Notes under the pieces: generated by a model
Told to the model about the DNA's origin: nothing
The model's database searches: none
What the model saw: the letters and a program-made list of their open reading frames with translations, nothing else
Part shown: positions 9,708 to 19,416 of the stretch, piece after piece
Layout: each line of letters starts with the position of its first letter
How positions within the stretch are numbered: position 1 is the stretch's first letter
Source: Dehalococcoidia bacterium
GTDB lineage: Bacteria; Chloroflexota; Dehalococcoidia; Lucifugimonadales; UBA3495
Assembly (NCBI GenBank): GCA_965262485.1
Contig: OZ253540.1
Location: 3,606,080-3,670,079 of the forward strand
Length of the DNA: 64,000 bases
Direction: 5' to 3'
Made by a program: the position numbers and the translations under genes

Positions 9708-10547
9708 ATGTTAATCACACGAAACGAAACTGCAATCGCAACGCTTGTTGTCAGTTTGATGATCATCTGGGTTGGAATCGCCTGCGATACGGCTGCACCA
9801 TCGGAACCAACGTCAGCCTCCATAGATATGGATACGCCTGTGTCCACCTCGGTAGCGATGGCTACCCCGCATCCGACATTGGAAACGGCGCCGGAACCTA
9901 CGGCGACTCCACTGCCGACACCCACAGCCACGCTAGGACCTACGGCGACTCCACTGCCGACACCCACAGCCACGCTAGGACCTACGGCGACTCCACTCCC
10001 GACACCCACAGCCACGCCAGACATTAGTGGTATGGCCGCTGATTGCGAGCTTGCTCAGGCACGGCACCGTGGCATAAACCTTCTCCAATGGTTAGGGTCT
10101 GTATCAGACGACTCACAGACACCTGCCCCATTGGAGGATGAACCCGACGCCTGCCTCGAATTTCGCCGCCAATTCCCTGATGATTTCGTACGCCTGATTG
10201 GGAACACTATATCGGGCACTTTTGCCTTGTATGACGATGATTTGTTTGTCGTAACACGGGAAAGTCCACTGAAAGGTCATTGCTGGGGGCAGGGAGGTTA
10301 TGACGATATAAGAGGGGGGTTAGGTGTGGTCATCAAGAACGGCGAAGGGAAAATTATCGCGAATGATGAATTGTGGTCTGGCAAACTAACCGGGCTTAAC
10401 GAATGCACGTTCCCTTTCTACATCACCAGCGTGCCGGATACTGACTTTTACGAAATAGAGGTCGGCAGACGTGGCAGTCTGGTGTTTTCACGCTCCGATT
10501 TAGAGTTAGACGATTGGCAAGTTGGATTCCAGATAGGGGATAGGTAG
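9708..10547 (+). CDS. lipoprotein with Pro/Thr-rich tandem-repeat linker
   Basis: Signal/lipobox-like 'LVVSLMIIWVGIAC', a PT-rich repeat region, then a globular C-terminal ~170 aa. Confidence 0.7.
   Translation: MLITRNETAIATLVVSLMIIWVGIACDTAAPSEPTSASIDMDTPVSTSVAMATPHPTLETAPEPTATPLPTPTATLGPTATPLPTPTATLGPTATPLPTPTATPDISGMAADCELAQARHRGINLLQWLGSVSDDSQTPAPLEDEPDACLEFRRQFPDDFVRLIGNTISGTFALYDDDLFVVTRESPLKGHCWGQGGYDDIRGGLGVVIKNGEGKIIANDELWSGKLTGLNECTFPFYITSVPDTDFYEIEVGRRGSLVFSRSDLELDDWQVGFQIGDR
9897..10016. repeat. 42-bp tandem repeat x ~2.9 (encodes PTATPLPTPTATLG)
   Basis: Units 9897-9938 and 9939-9980 are identical (cctacggcgactccactgccgacacccacagccacgctagga). The third unit is partial and diverged. 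Confidence 0.9.
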
Positions 10548-10561
10548 ATGAAAAAATCCAT

Positions 10562-10720
10562 CAGCCGGCGCAGTCCCGACACTTGGGCAATCACCTCTCG
10601 AATTGGCTAGTGAGCCCAGGGCATCTGGCGCTACTGTGCGCCCACTGCAATCGAGTGAAGGGGGACCGGCCGCAGGAATACCTGGTGGCCCGGCTGCGGG
10701 AGATGGGCATGGCGGCGTGA
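10562..10720 (+). pseudogene. HNH-endonuclease 3' remnant (copy b)
   Basis: The frame ending at TGA 10718-10720 reads '...HLALLCAHCNRVKGDRPQEYLVARLREMGMAA'. There is no start codon or N-terminal half. Confidence 0.4.
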
Positions 10721-10744
10721 GGTAAGCCAGCCGGGAATGATAAA

Positions 10745-11326
10745 ATGACAGCATCCGAAGAAATAACGTTTGCAGCGCAAATCGCTTTCTATCTGTCGCC
10801 TCTGATTATCGCTCTGGTCACTTTCGTCTTGGCTTGGTGGCGTTTCAAGGTGTTCAGAATCAGAGAACCGGCCATCACAACTGACCTGCAGGTAACCAGC
10901 CGCCAGTGCAGTCCTTCCTACAATGCGCTGAGCGCAGTGGTTGTGCTGACCAATACGTCCAGGGTGGCTGTACGAATCACTGGATTGACGTGGTCGGTTC
11001 AGGTGCTGTCACCCTACAGCGACGAGGATGTGGAAAGTAAGATTATTGTATATGCGCCCTATATGGAGAGTGTTGGCTCACCCATTGAGTTCCCGTGGAA
11101 CGTCAACTACACCGTTTCACGGGCCGATTCGAGGATCTACATGGAACCCGGAGAGTCAAACACGATCAGCATGAGCTTGGCGATGCCAGATTGGATTGAG
11201 GCGGTTGACGTTCTCATTGAATTAGACAGCCCACATAGTTCGGAAGGCTCGTCGTTGTGTTGGGCTGCGCGACGACAGCACGACATCAAATCGGAGGTGC
11301 GAAATGTCGTTCAAACCCAAGCGTGA
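10745..11326 (+). CDS. N-terminally membrane-anchored hypothetical protein
   Basis: TM helix 'IAFYLSPLIIALVTFVLAWW' followed by a ~150-aa beta-rich region. GC is lower than the flanks. No family recognised. Confidence 0.55.
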   Translation: MTASEEITFAAQIAFYLSPLIIALVTFVLAWWRFKVFRIREPAITTDLQVTSRQCSPSYNALSAVVVLTNTSRVAVRITGLTWSVQVLSPYSDEDVESKIIVYAPYMESVGSPIEFPWNVNYTVSRADSRIYMEPGESNTISMSLAMPDWIEAVDVLIELDSPHSSEGSSLCWAARRQHDIKSEVRNVVQTQA

Positions 11327-11472
11327 TAAGCACTTGCCAAAGGGGCTTGTCCACGGGATTACTTCGATCATATTCGAAAGCGCATTAGAGCCGGCAAAAC
11401 CACCTAGCCCGCCAGCAGATCCGAGTGCCAATCCCACTCGCTCAACGTCACCGAACCATAAGGAGGAAAAAG

Positions 11473-11685
11473 ATGATCAACAAACCAACTGACCACCATG
11501 CTACACCAACCCAGCCACCGATCCCAATCCCTGACGAGCGCATTTCGACGGAGGGTTTTGTCTTTTACGAACAACTCTCCGTCGCCAAAACGGTCGTGCT
11601 TCCTTCCGCACAAATCCCAGCAGCGCCGCCACCGACCACACAAAAACCGGCAGAGCCGCCACAATCGAATCCCCAAGAAAAATAG
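11473..11685 (+). CDS. small Pro-rich hypothetical protein
   Basis: ATG 11473 lies 6 nt after AAGGAGG. The 70-aa product is 'MINKPTDHHATPTQPPIPIPDERISTEGFVFYEQLSV...'. Support is only the RBS and the open frame. Confidence 0.35.
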   Translation: MINKPTDHHATPTQPPIPIPDERISTEGFVFYEQLSVAKTVVLPSAQIPAAPPPTTQKPAEPPQSNPQEK

Positions 11686-11771
11686 TTCGGCTCAGAATCT
11701 GCTCTCACGCCTCCCGCAAGCGGTTGGGCAGCAGGCAGAGGAACACTGCGATACCCCCGCCGACACCTGGG

Positions 11772-11879
11772 GTGAGCGAATATCCGGAAACGCTCAGCGA
11801 GGATGATGTCCTCGACGGCGGCGACTTGCTGCCCGGTTTCACCTCTCCGGTCTGGCGGCTCTTCCGACGGCATCGCTAA
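11772..11879 (+). pseudogene. Uma2-family nuclease 3' remnant
   Basis: 'VSEYPETLSEDDVLDGGDLLPGFTSPVWRLFRRHR*' resembles the C-termini of the three intact Uma2 genes (…PETIDGEPVLPGFVFNVRSRIFD). The upstream part is not in frame. Confidence 0.4.
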
Positions 11880-11950
11880 CCCCGCCCGTCCTTTCCGGCC
11901 AAGCCGGCGGCCGGTGTTATAATCGGCGCCGGTTTCGCAGGAGAGGGTAT

Positions 11951-12090
11951 TTGGCCACATTGATCGGCTCCCGCGCGACGGAAACCTTCCAGTCCTTCCG
12001 CCGCCGCGATTTCACCCTGGTTTGGGTTTCCGCCAACATCGCGATGGTAGGGCGGCAGATGGAGGTCATCGCCGTTTCCTGGCTCCCTTG
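11951..12090 (+). pseudogene. MFS transporter 5' fragment
   Basis: 'MATLIGSRATETFQSFRRRDFTLVWVSANIAMVGRQMEVIAVSWL' is a typical MFS N-terminus and first TM. Similarity ends about 12088, where the methyltransferase frame takes over. Confidence 0.45.
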
Positions 12091-14823
12091 GCCAGGGTAC
12101 TCCGGGATGATGTGCAAGCGGCGCTGGGGAGAGAGGGCAGTCCGCTTCGACTGTTGGCGAACGAGTGGAGCGGCCTCCTGTTCCCTGAGGGGGACGAGGC
12201 TCAGTTTGCGGATGCCTATGCACAGACGGTGACCTACGCACTGTTGCTGGCCCGGTTTGAAGGTGCAGAGAGCCTGATGCCTTTCATGGCCGTGGAAACC
12301 CTCCGGCGAGAGCACGGGCTCCTGGCTGAGGCCTTGCAGTTGCTGGAAGCCAACCCCGTCCGAGAAGAATTAAGTATGCCCATCGAGTTGCTTGAGCGCG
12401 CCATCGGGGCGGTGGACTCGACAAAGATAGGCCTCGGTGGGGACCCGTGGCTGTACTTCTACGAGCATTTTTTGGGAGCTTATGACCCGAAGCTCCGGAA
12501 GGACCGGGGCGTTTACTACACTCCTGTGGAAGTTGTTCGGGCGCAGGTGAGACTCGCCGGAGAGTTGCTGCACACCCGCTTCAAGAAACAGTTGGCGTTT
12601 GCCGACGACGATGTGGTGGTCCTCGACCCTGCAGTAGGAACAGGCACCTATCCGCTGGCGGTGTTGGAACATGCAGCGGAAGCCGTGCGAGAACGGCTAG
12701 GTCCGGGAGCCGTAACCGGGAAGCTGCGCAGCCTGGCTGACCGTCTGTACGCCTTCGAAATCCTAGTCGGGCCGTATTCCGTGGCGCACTTGCGTCTGTC
12801 TCAGAGACTCAGGGATGCCGGGGTTACCGACAAGACGGCGAACGTGTACCTAACGGATACGCTGGAGTCCCCCAATCAACAACTGGACTTTACAGCCAGC
12901 CTGCTACAGGCGCGGCTCACGGAGGAACACAAACGGGCACTGCAGGTCAAGAAAGACACGCGTGTCTTTGTATGCTTGGGAAATCCTCCGTACGATCGTG
13001 ATCTACGTGATCCAAACGAAAACGACGGCACCCGCCGTAAAGGCGGTTGGGTACGTTTTGGGGATGCCGGAGAGGCTACGCCAAAGCCAATCCTAGAAGA
13101 TTTCCTCGCGCCAGTGCGCGACGCCGGCGATGGGGTTCATCTGAAACCCATTTACAACGACTATGTGTACTTCTGGCGATGGGCCCTTTGGAAGGTGTTG
13201 GACTCCACCCATGACGCAGGCATCATTACCTTCATCACAGCATCGTCGTATCTACGGGGGCCTGGATTTGCTGGAATGCGAAGCAAGATGAGAGAGGTTT
13301 TTGATGAGTTGTGGATCATTGACCTTGAAGGGGACAGCCTTGGAACTCGGAAGACAGAGAATATTTTCGCTATACAGATCCCTGTAGCCATCGCTATCGG
13401 AGTTCGGAATGGTCCACCGAATCCGACGACGCCGGCGACGGTATGGAAGACGCGCCTCACAGGTCTAGAACAAGAGAAACTGATCGCCCTTGACCACACC
13501 AAGTCACTGGAAGACTATCAGTGGTCGCAGTGCCTGCAAGGGTGGAGAGATCCCTTCCAGCCAGTGGGAATCGGGAGGTATTTTGATTGGCCGGAGGTCA
13601 CGGATGTATTCCCGTGGCAGCACACTGGATCTGTGTTGTACCGGACCTGGCCCATTGGCGAAACTAGGGAGGTCCTCGCGGAACGGTGGCGTAATCTCGT
13701 AACCCGTCAGGCTAACGATAGACGAACCTCATTCAGGGAGACTCGCGATCGGAAAATCCATATTCAGTATGGGAGCCTCTTGGGCCACCAAGACCGCGAC
13801 CCGTCAATTGCTGTACTCAACGCTGACACTCCGGTACCTCCAATCGCGCCGTACTCATTCCGAACATTCGACCGTCATTGGGTGATCGCAGACTCCAGGG
13901 TCGGGGACTATATGCGTCCTGAACTGTGGCGGGCTCAGGGACCCCAGCAGGTTTATATGGTCGGAATGCTTGTCCAAGTGCTAGGTATAGGCCCCGCTGT
14001 GGTTGGGTGCACTGGAATTCCAGACCAACACCATTTCCGAGGATCGTTCGGAGACCGAGGAGTGATCCCGCTGTGGAGAGACGCTGATGCAACTCAGCCC
14101 AATGTCACTGATGGGCTGCTTGAGGCGATAGGTAGGGTGCACGGGACCGAGGTATCAGCCGAGAACCTCTTCTCCTACGCCTATGGGATTCTGGCCCAGC
14201 CAACGTACGTTAAGCGGTTCTGGGAGGAGCTTGAGCAACCACCGCCGCGCTTGCCAATCACCAAAGATAGCGGCCTGTTCACGCGAGTAGCCCGCCACGG
14301 GGCGCGTCTTTTATATCTTCACACTTATGGTGATCGATTTGGCGGACCCAACGACAATGGTACGGTGCCCCAAGGTCAGGTCCGATGCACCAAGGGTGTC
14401 TCACCAGAGAAATACCCGACCGGATTTTCTTACAACAACAAGACTGAGGTGCTAATCGTCGGCGATGGAGAGTTCGCGCCGGTAAAACCGGATGTGTGGA
14501 ACTATTCAGTCTCCGGGTTGCAGGTTGTGAAGTCGTGGCTGGACCGTCGCAAGCTGAAGCGGTCAGGACGACAGTCATCGCCCCTCGACAAGATCAGGCC
14601 AGAGCGATGGGATTTCACCGAGGAACTTCTTGAGTTGCTCTGGGTACTTGAAGCGACAATCAAACTCGAGCCTGAAGGGGCGGCTCTGTTTGCAGAGGTG
14701 TGTACCTTCGATGTGTTCTCGCGAGAGGAATTGCCCAGCCCGTCTGACGAGGAGCGGCAACCGCCTCGCAATATCGCATCAGGAGGGGAGCAACTTGGGC
14801 TCCTTGCTGAGGAAACGGATTGA
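12022..14823 (+). CDS. N6-adenine DNA methyltransferase with YeeA/type-ISP-like C-terminal region (probably 5'-truncated)
   Basis: Motif I 'VVVLDPAVGTGTYPL', motif IV 'CLGNPPYDR', upstream 'FADAYAQTVTYALLLARF' and C-terminal 'VWNYSVSGLQVVKSWLDRRK'. There is no convincing native start. Homologous sequence appears to begin at the junction with the MFS fragment. Confidence 0.8.
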   Translation: MGFRQHRDGRAADGGHRRFLAPLARVLRDDVQAALGREGSPLRLLANEWSGLLFPEGDEAQFADAYAQTVTYALLLARFEGAESLMPFMAVETLRREHGLLAEALQLLEANPVREELSMPIELLERAIGAVDSTKIGLGGDPWLYFYEHFLGAYDPKLRKDRGVYYTPVEVVRAQVRLAGELLHTRFKKQLAFADDDVVVLDPAVGTGTYPLAVLEHAAEAVRERLGPGAVTGKLRSLADRLYAFEILVGPYSVAHLRLSQRLRDAGVTDKTANVYLTDTLESPNQQLDFTASLLQARLTEEHKRALQVKKDTRVFVCLGNPPYDRDLRDPNENDGTRRKGGWVRFGDAGEATPKPILEDFLAPVRDAGDGVHLKPIYNDYVYFWRWALWKVLDSTHDAGIITFITASSYLRGPGFAGMRSKMREVFDELWIIDLEGDSLGTRKTENIFAIQIPVAIAIGVRNGPPNPTTPATVWKTRLTGLEQEKLIALDHTKSLEDYQWSQCLQGWRDPFQPVGIGRYFDWPEVTDVFPWQHTGSVLYRTWPIGETREVLAERWRNLVTRQANDRRTSFRETRDRKIHIQYGSLLGHQDRDPSIAVLNADTPVPPIAPYSFRTFDRHWVIADSRVGDYMRPELWRAQGPQQVYMVGMLVQVLGIGPAVVGCTGIPDQHHFRGSFGDRGVIPLWRDADATQPNVTDGLLEAIGRVHGTEVSAENLFSYAYGILAQPTYVKRFWEELEQPPPRLPITKDSGLFTRVARHGARLLYLHTYGDRFGGPNDNGTVPQGQVRCTKGVSPEKYPTGFSYNNKTEVLIVGDGEFAPVKPDVWNYSVSGLQVVKSWLDRRKLKRSGRQSSPLDKIRPERWDFTEELLELLWVLEATIKLEPEGAALFAEVCTFDVFSREELPSPSDEERQPPRNIASGGEQLGLLAEETD

Positions 14824-15196
14824 TGCTCAATCCGCGCCCTGAGCAGCTTCCATTTGGGGATAGTAGGGCCATGGCAATGGAGTGTTCCGCGTCAAGTATT
14901 CTTGCCGATTTGTCGCCGATTCCAAGCTCAGGCAACACGTTCCCAGATACTAAAATCCGGATTGTCTTTACGAGTGTAAACGGCAGCGGAGATGGAACGG
15001 ACGGTGGCGGAAAACGGGCCTAGCCAGCGTTGAAGGTGCGTATTCGCAATGTTTGCGCGGTTACAGACGGCTCGGGCGAGCGATCAGATTCGGTGGTGGG
15101 CAAGAGAAGACATCCGGGAGGCAGCAGCCGTGTCCAGTTAGGAGAGGATCTCGGAAACGTCAACTACAGCAGGTCACTAATCGGATAAAAGGGACG

Positions 15197-15811
15197 ATGT
15201 GGACCGCGATAGTGATTGCGGTGGTGTATGCAATGGCATTAGCCACGCCCACGGTCTGGGGGAGTCTGGCGCCTCAATGGCTGCAGGTCATGCTGGAGCA
15301 AAGGGATCGCTTCCTCACGCTGGGTGCAGCCATTTTTGGGATCTTATCGATAGTGGAACCGAGCCATGTCATGCCGAAAGCGTACTTGGCGACGGTAATT
15401 GCCGGCGGCCTCACTGCATATGCCGCAGTGCTCAACTCATTCAATCCAATCACCTTGGGAGTGGCAGGAGGAATCTTGCTGGCGACGTTCCCCGTGTTTT
15501 TGCTCTTAACAACTACTTGGCGAATGCCTAGGCGATGGGAGTGGGCAGGCTGGCCCGCCATAGCCTCAATTGTCACCCTGGTCGCGGTAGTAGCCACAAT
15601 CAATACACCATTAGCGGTGCTGATAGTCGCTATTCTCGGAGAGGAGATAGCGTTTGCGGCCTTGGCGTCGGCGGTGATAATCGCGGTGTTCGTACTTTTT
15701 GTTTCATGCAGTACGTTTGCGGTGAAAGGTGTGGGAAGAGCACAAAAAATATTTACGGAGCGATTTTTACACAATCAAGCTTCGGGTAGGAGACGGGGAA
15801 GACCCGCGTAA
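15197..15811 (+). CDS. multi-pass membrane protein, unknown function
   Basis: From ATG 15197, 'MWTAIVIAVVYAMALATP...' has 5-6 hydrophobic helices. The track ORF starts earlier, at 15053. Confidence 0.6.
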   Translation: MWTAIVIAVVYAMALATPTVWGSLAPQWLQVMLEQRDRFLTLGAAIFGILSIVEPSHVMPKAYLATVIAGGLTAYAAVLNSFNPITLGVAGGILLATFPVFLLLTTTWRMPRRWEWAGWPAIASIVTLVAVVATINTPLAVLIVAILGEEIAFAALASAVIIAVFVLFVSCSTFAVKGVGRAQKIFTERFLHNQASGRRRGRPA

Positions 15812-15928
15812 TAGCTTGGTCGATAGAGCGAAGTCCTTGGTGAACAATCGTGGGCGCCAGATCCGCCTACCATTCGATAGTGCAAATTTGCGCCGAGGCT
15901 ATATTCAGCCCAGAAACGGAATAATCGA

Positions 15929-16906
15929 TTGAAGATTGCAGGCGTTGACTTCCCGGAACCCCTGCTGAACGCCATGCGTGACGGCAGGCTGGTGATTTTC
16001 GCCGGCGCCGGTGTGTCCATGGGCCCGCCGGCCGGACTGCCCGGCTTCCGGCAGTTGGCCCAGCAAGTAGCCGAAGGAACTGGGCAGTCCATCGGCACAT
16101 CGGAAACCGAGGACCGCTTCCTGGGGCGGCTAGAAGACGGTGGCATTGATGTCCATCGCCGCGCTGCTCGATTTTTACAGCAGCACGATCCTGAACCCAC
16201 GGAACTGCACCGTAACTTGCTTCGGCTATACACGAAGACCGAAGATGTCCGAATCGTCACCACCAACTTTGACCCGCTGTTTGAGCAGGCCATCGGCAAC
16301 CTGTTCAATCCTGTACCGCGGGTATTTCAGGCTCCGGCGCTACCTTTGGGCAGTCGTTTTAATGGGATAGTGCACGTTCACGGACTGTTGCGCGAACCGG
16401 CAGAAATGGTGCTCACTCACCGAGATTTCGGCAAGGCTTACCTTACCGAGGCCGATGGCTGGGCGCGTCGTTTTCTGGTTGACCTCTTCGCTAACCAAAC
16501 GGTGCTGTTCGTAGGCTACAGCCACAGCGACATGATAATGACCTACCTTACCCCGTCGTTGCCGCCGGATGATGGACAACGGCGTTTCGCCCTGATCGGC
16601 GACCGGAGTGATGAACCGGAGAGATGGCTCGGACTGGGCATCCAACCCGTTATATTTCACCAAGTGGCCGATAATGACTTTAACGGTCTGGACGCGGCGG
16701 TAACCGGCTTGGCGAGCCACGTACGGATGGGCATTCTGGACTGGCAACGCGAAATCACCGAAATTGCCAACGGACCGCCGCCCATTGACGAGGAGGGTTC
16801 CAGCATCGTCGAACACGCTCTTTCCGATCCTGCGCTGACGCGTTTCTTACCAGGGCAGCCGATTCACCAGAATGGATTGATTGGCTTGACCGGAGCGACC
16901 AACTGA
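15929..16906 (+). CDS. SIR2_2-domain protein (defence-type NADase-like)
   Basis: 'RLVIFAGAGVSMGPPAGLPGFRQLA', 'VTTNFDPLFEQA', 'IVHVHG' and 'VLFVGYSHSDM' are the hallmarks of the SIR2-like defence family. It has a TTG start. The last ~20 codons look non-native (see finding). Confidence 0.8.
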   Translation: MKIAGVDFPEPLLNAMRDGRLVIFAGAGVSMGPPAGLPGFRQLAQQVAEGTGQSIGTSETEDRFLGRLEDGGIDVHRRAARFLQQHDPEPTELHRNLLRLYTKTEDVRIVTTNFDPLFEQAIGNLFNPVPRVFQAPALPLGSRFNGIVHVHGLLREPAEMVLTHRDFGKAYLTEADGWARRFLVDLFANQTVLFVGYSHSDMIMTYLTPSLPPDDGQRRFALIGDRSDEPERWLGLGIQPVIFHQVADNDFNGLDAAVTGLASHVRMGILDWQREITEIANGPPPIDEEGSSIVEHALSDPALTRFLPGQPIHQNGLIGLTGATN

Positions 16907-16911
16907 CCGCA

Positions 16912-19416
16912 TTGTTCGCCAACGGCGACTTCACTGAGAAAGACGGGATACTGTCCTCCTGGTTGGCAATACGGTTCGCTATTAAGAACGCCGACGTCCT
17001 GTTTCGGGCAATAGAGCGACATGGCGCAACGGTAAATCCACGGCTTTGGAGCCTGCTCGCTTGGCAGTTGGGAGAACCCGACGACGGATCGTTGGATGCG
17101 GAAACCCTTTCCAGGTGGGTCCATTTTCTGTTGAGTGCAACTCCGCCTGATGATAACGATTACGTCCTGTGCAATATGGCGGAAAAGTGTGCGCGCCTGG
17201 GTATCCTGCACGAATTGCTACAGCTATACGACGCGTTGACATCAAATCGCCAACAGACGCAACCTCGGTCAGGCTGGAACCAATCCCATCTGATACATTA
17301 CTGGGAAGAAACCCTGTGGCGGAAGTGCCTGGCGCCCAATTTGTCCGAAATAGCCGAATCGTTACTTGAACGGACCGTGAGGAGGCTGGAAGAGCGTCAT
17401 TTTGCGCTGCGAGCCTGGCATCAAGCGGATGATGCTCGGGATCCGGACAGCTTCCACCGGTCGGCTATCGAACCTCATCCGCAAGACCGGTTTCCTCATG
17501 ACGCGGATATGCTGATTAACATTGCGCGGGAGTGCGTGCAATGGCTGGTCATCAACAGAAATGACGCTGCCAGGCTGTGGTCTGAACGCTTCGCCCGTTC
17601 TCAGGCACCGCTACTGCGCCGTCTGGCAGTCCATGCCCTCTCAGTGCGAACCGACCCGTCGGCCGACGATAAAATCGCCTGGCTACTTGAGCATTGCGAT
17701 GTGAATGAAACCTGCGCACAGCACGAGATATACCGAGCAGTGGCCTCCGTATACCCACACGCGGGACCAGAGCAAAGGCAGGCATTGATTGCCGCCGTAC
17801 TGGCCTACCGCTGGCCGTGGGAAGACGATCCGGATGATGAACGTTACTCGGCTCACCATCATTACGATTGGCTCCAATGGCTAACCGAGGCCGACCCTGA
17901 CTGCATACTGGTGCGGCAAGCGCTAGACCTCATCCGGGCACGGCATCCTGAATTTGTGCCTCAAGAACATCCCGACCTCACTCACTGGATCGGCGATGTA
18001 TATGAAGTGGTCGGGAAGCCCAGTCCATGGAGTGTGGCGGAAATGCTGGATCAGTCACCCGCCGAATGGCTGCCCCAAGCGTTGGAACAACAACCTTCCG
18101 AATATACCGCCCACCCCCGCGATCAGATAATCAACTATGTGGCGGAAGCGACGAAGCAGAATCCAGACTGGGGGCTTGAGCTGGCAGACCAAATGACACA
18201 GAGTGCGGAATGGGATACTCACCTTTGGCGTGGGGTGATAAATGGTTGGTGTTCGGGAGGTCCGGATGAGGCCACCCTGGCTGGAGCAATTCGAATTCTG
18301 TCCGCGGACGCACTCCATGTCAAACACGTAGATGAGATCACGGATGCCCTGACATATCTAATCGGGAACAACGAGGTGGAGATGAATCCGGCCACGTTGG
18401 CCTTGGCGAACCAGACAGCGAGAAGCCTTTGGCAGCACATTGCGGTCAACGACCGTGGGATGGACTCGGATTGGATGGAGCGGGCCAGCAACCACCCTGC
18501 GGGAAGGCTCGCGCATTTCTGGATGCGAAGCATCGCCATCTGGAGAAAGAATCAGGAGCCGAAGCCCACCATGGTCAGCGGCGAGTATCGAGAAGCACTA
18601 TCGGAGATGGTGGCAGACCATGAGCTGCGGGGCACACTGGCGCGGGCAACGCTGATGTCCGAACTTTCCTTTTTGGCGTTTGTTGACGAAGAGTGGACTC
18701 GGCACAACCTGATACCGTTGCTGGCGCCCGAACACGACGACTTCGCGTCCGCTTGGGATGGCCTGGTCCATGGACGTCTGCACCCGATGACAGTAGAGCT
18801 ATTGCGAGAACCTTTCCTCACCGCGGTAGAGAACATCTTGCCCACTATGGAAGGTTCAACCAGGGAAGGATTCATCAGAAAATACACTCAGATGCTCATT
18901 TTCTCAGCGACCGACGCCAACGACACATGGATTACGAAGCTGTTCAAGCACGCTGACGATGAAGACAGACGCTTGTTCACGATGGAAATCAGTCGAGCCC
19001 TTCAGTTGGTGAACGAGTCCCACCAGCAAGAATGGTGGGATACCTGGCTCAGGGACTACTGGGAAAATCGTTTGGTCGGCGTGCCCACTCCTCTCAGCGA
19101 CACCGAGATAGTTTTGATGACCGAATGGGCTACGAACCTACCCGGGCTGTTCCCAGACGCCGTTGACTTGGCAACCCAAATGCCTTCGGTATCTGGCATA
19201 CTCTGGTTAGTACTATATAGAATCGAAGATAGCGGATTGGCCGAACGACACCCCATCGAACTGGCCAATCTGTTGATCCACATAGCGCAATCTGATTCCG
19301 AACCTTGGATCGGGCTCAGGATTAAAGGCATCGTCGACCAGCTATTGGAAAGTGACCTTCCCACAGACTTAAAACGTGGGTTACATGAACTTGCAGTCAA
19401 GCACAACCTACGATAG
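16912..19416 (+). CDS. 834-aa alpha-helical partner, probable C-terminal part of a DSR2-like SIR2 protein
   Basis: There is no ATG; the track start is TTG, 5 nt after the SIR2 stop. Its frame is open upstream to 16789 and reads protein-like 'FLTRAADSPEWIDWLDRSDQLTALF'. It is Leu/Trp/Ala-rich and helical-looking, with no catalytic motif seen. Confidence 0.65.
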   Translation: MFANGDFTEKDGILSSWLAIRFAIKNADVLFRAIERHGATVNPRLWSLLAWQLGEPDDGSLDAETLSRWVHFLLSATPPDDNDYVLCNMAEKCARLGILHELLQLYDALTSNRQQTQPRSGWNQSHLIHYWEETLWRKCLAPNLSEIAESLLERTVRRLEERHFALRAWHQADDARDPDSFHRSAIEPHPQDRFPHDADMLINIARECVQWLVINRNDAARLWSERFARSQAPLLRRLAVHALSVRTDPSADDKIAWLLEHCDVNETCAQHEIYRAVASVYPHAGPEQRQALIAAVLAYRWPWEDDPDDERYSAHHHYDWLQWLTEADPDCILVRQALDLIRARHPEFVPQEHPDLTHWIGDVYEVVGKPSPWSVAEMLDQSPAEWLPQALEQQPSEYTAHPRDQIINYVAEATKQNPDWGLELADQMTQSAEWDTHLWRGVINGWCSGGPDEATLAGAIRILSADALHVKHVDEITDALTYLIGNNEVEMNPATLALANQTARSLWQHIAVNDRGMDSDWMERASNHPAGRLAHFWMRSIAIWRKNQEPKPTMVSGEYREALSEMVADHELRGTLARATLMSELSFLAFVDEEWTRHNLIPLLAPEHDDFASAWDGLVHGRLHPMTVELLREPFLTAVENILPTMEGSTREGFIRKYTQMLIFSATDANDTWITKLFKHADDEDRRLFTMEISRALQLVNESHQQEWWDTWLRDYWENRLVGVPTPLSDTEIVLMTEWATNLPGLFPDAVDLATQMPSVSGILWLVLYRIEDSGLAERHPIELANLLIHIAQSDSEPWIGLRIKGIVDQLLESDLPTDLKRGLHELAVKHNLR

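Noticed and set aside
11404-11960. Overlapping ORFs on both strands between 11.3 and 12.0 kb
   Set aside because: Pro-rich and Gly/Trp-rich mirror translations cannot be resolved by eye. Only the RBS-supported 11473..11685 ORF and the Uma2-like tail were kept, both at low confidence.
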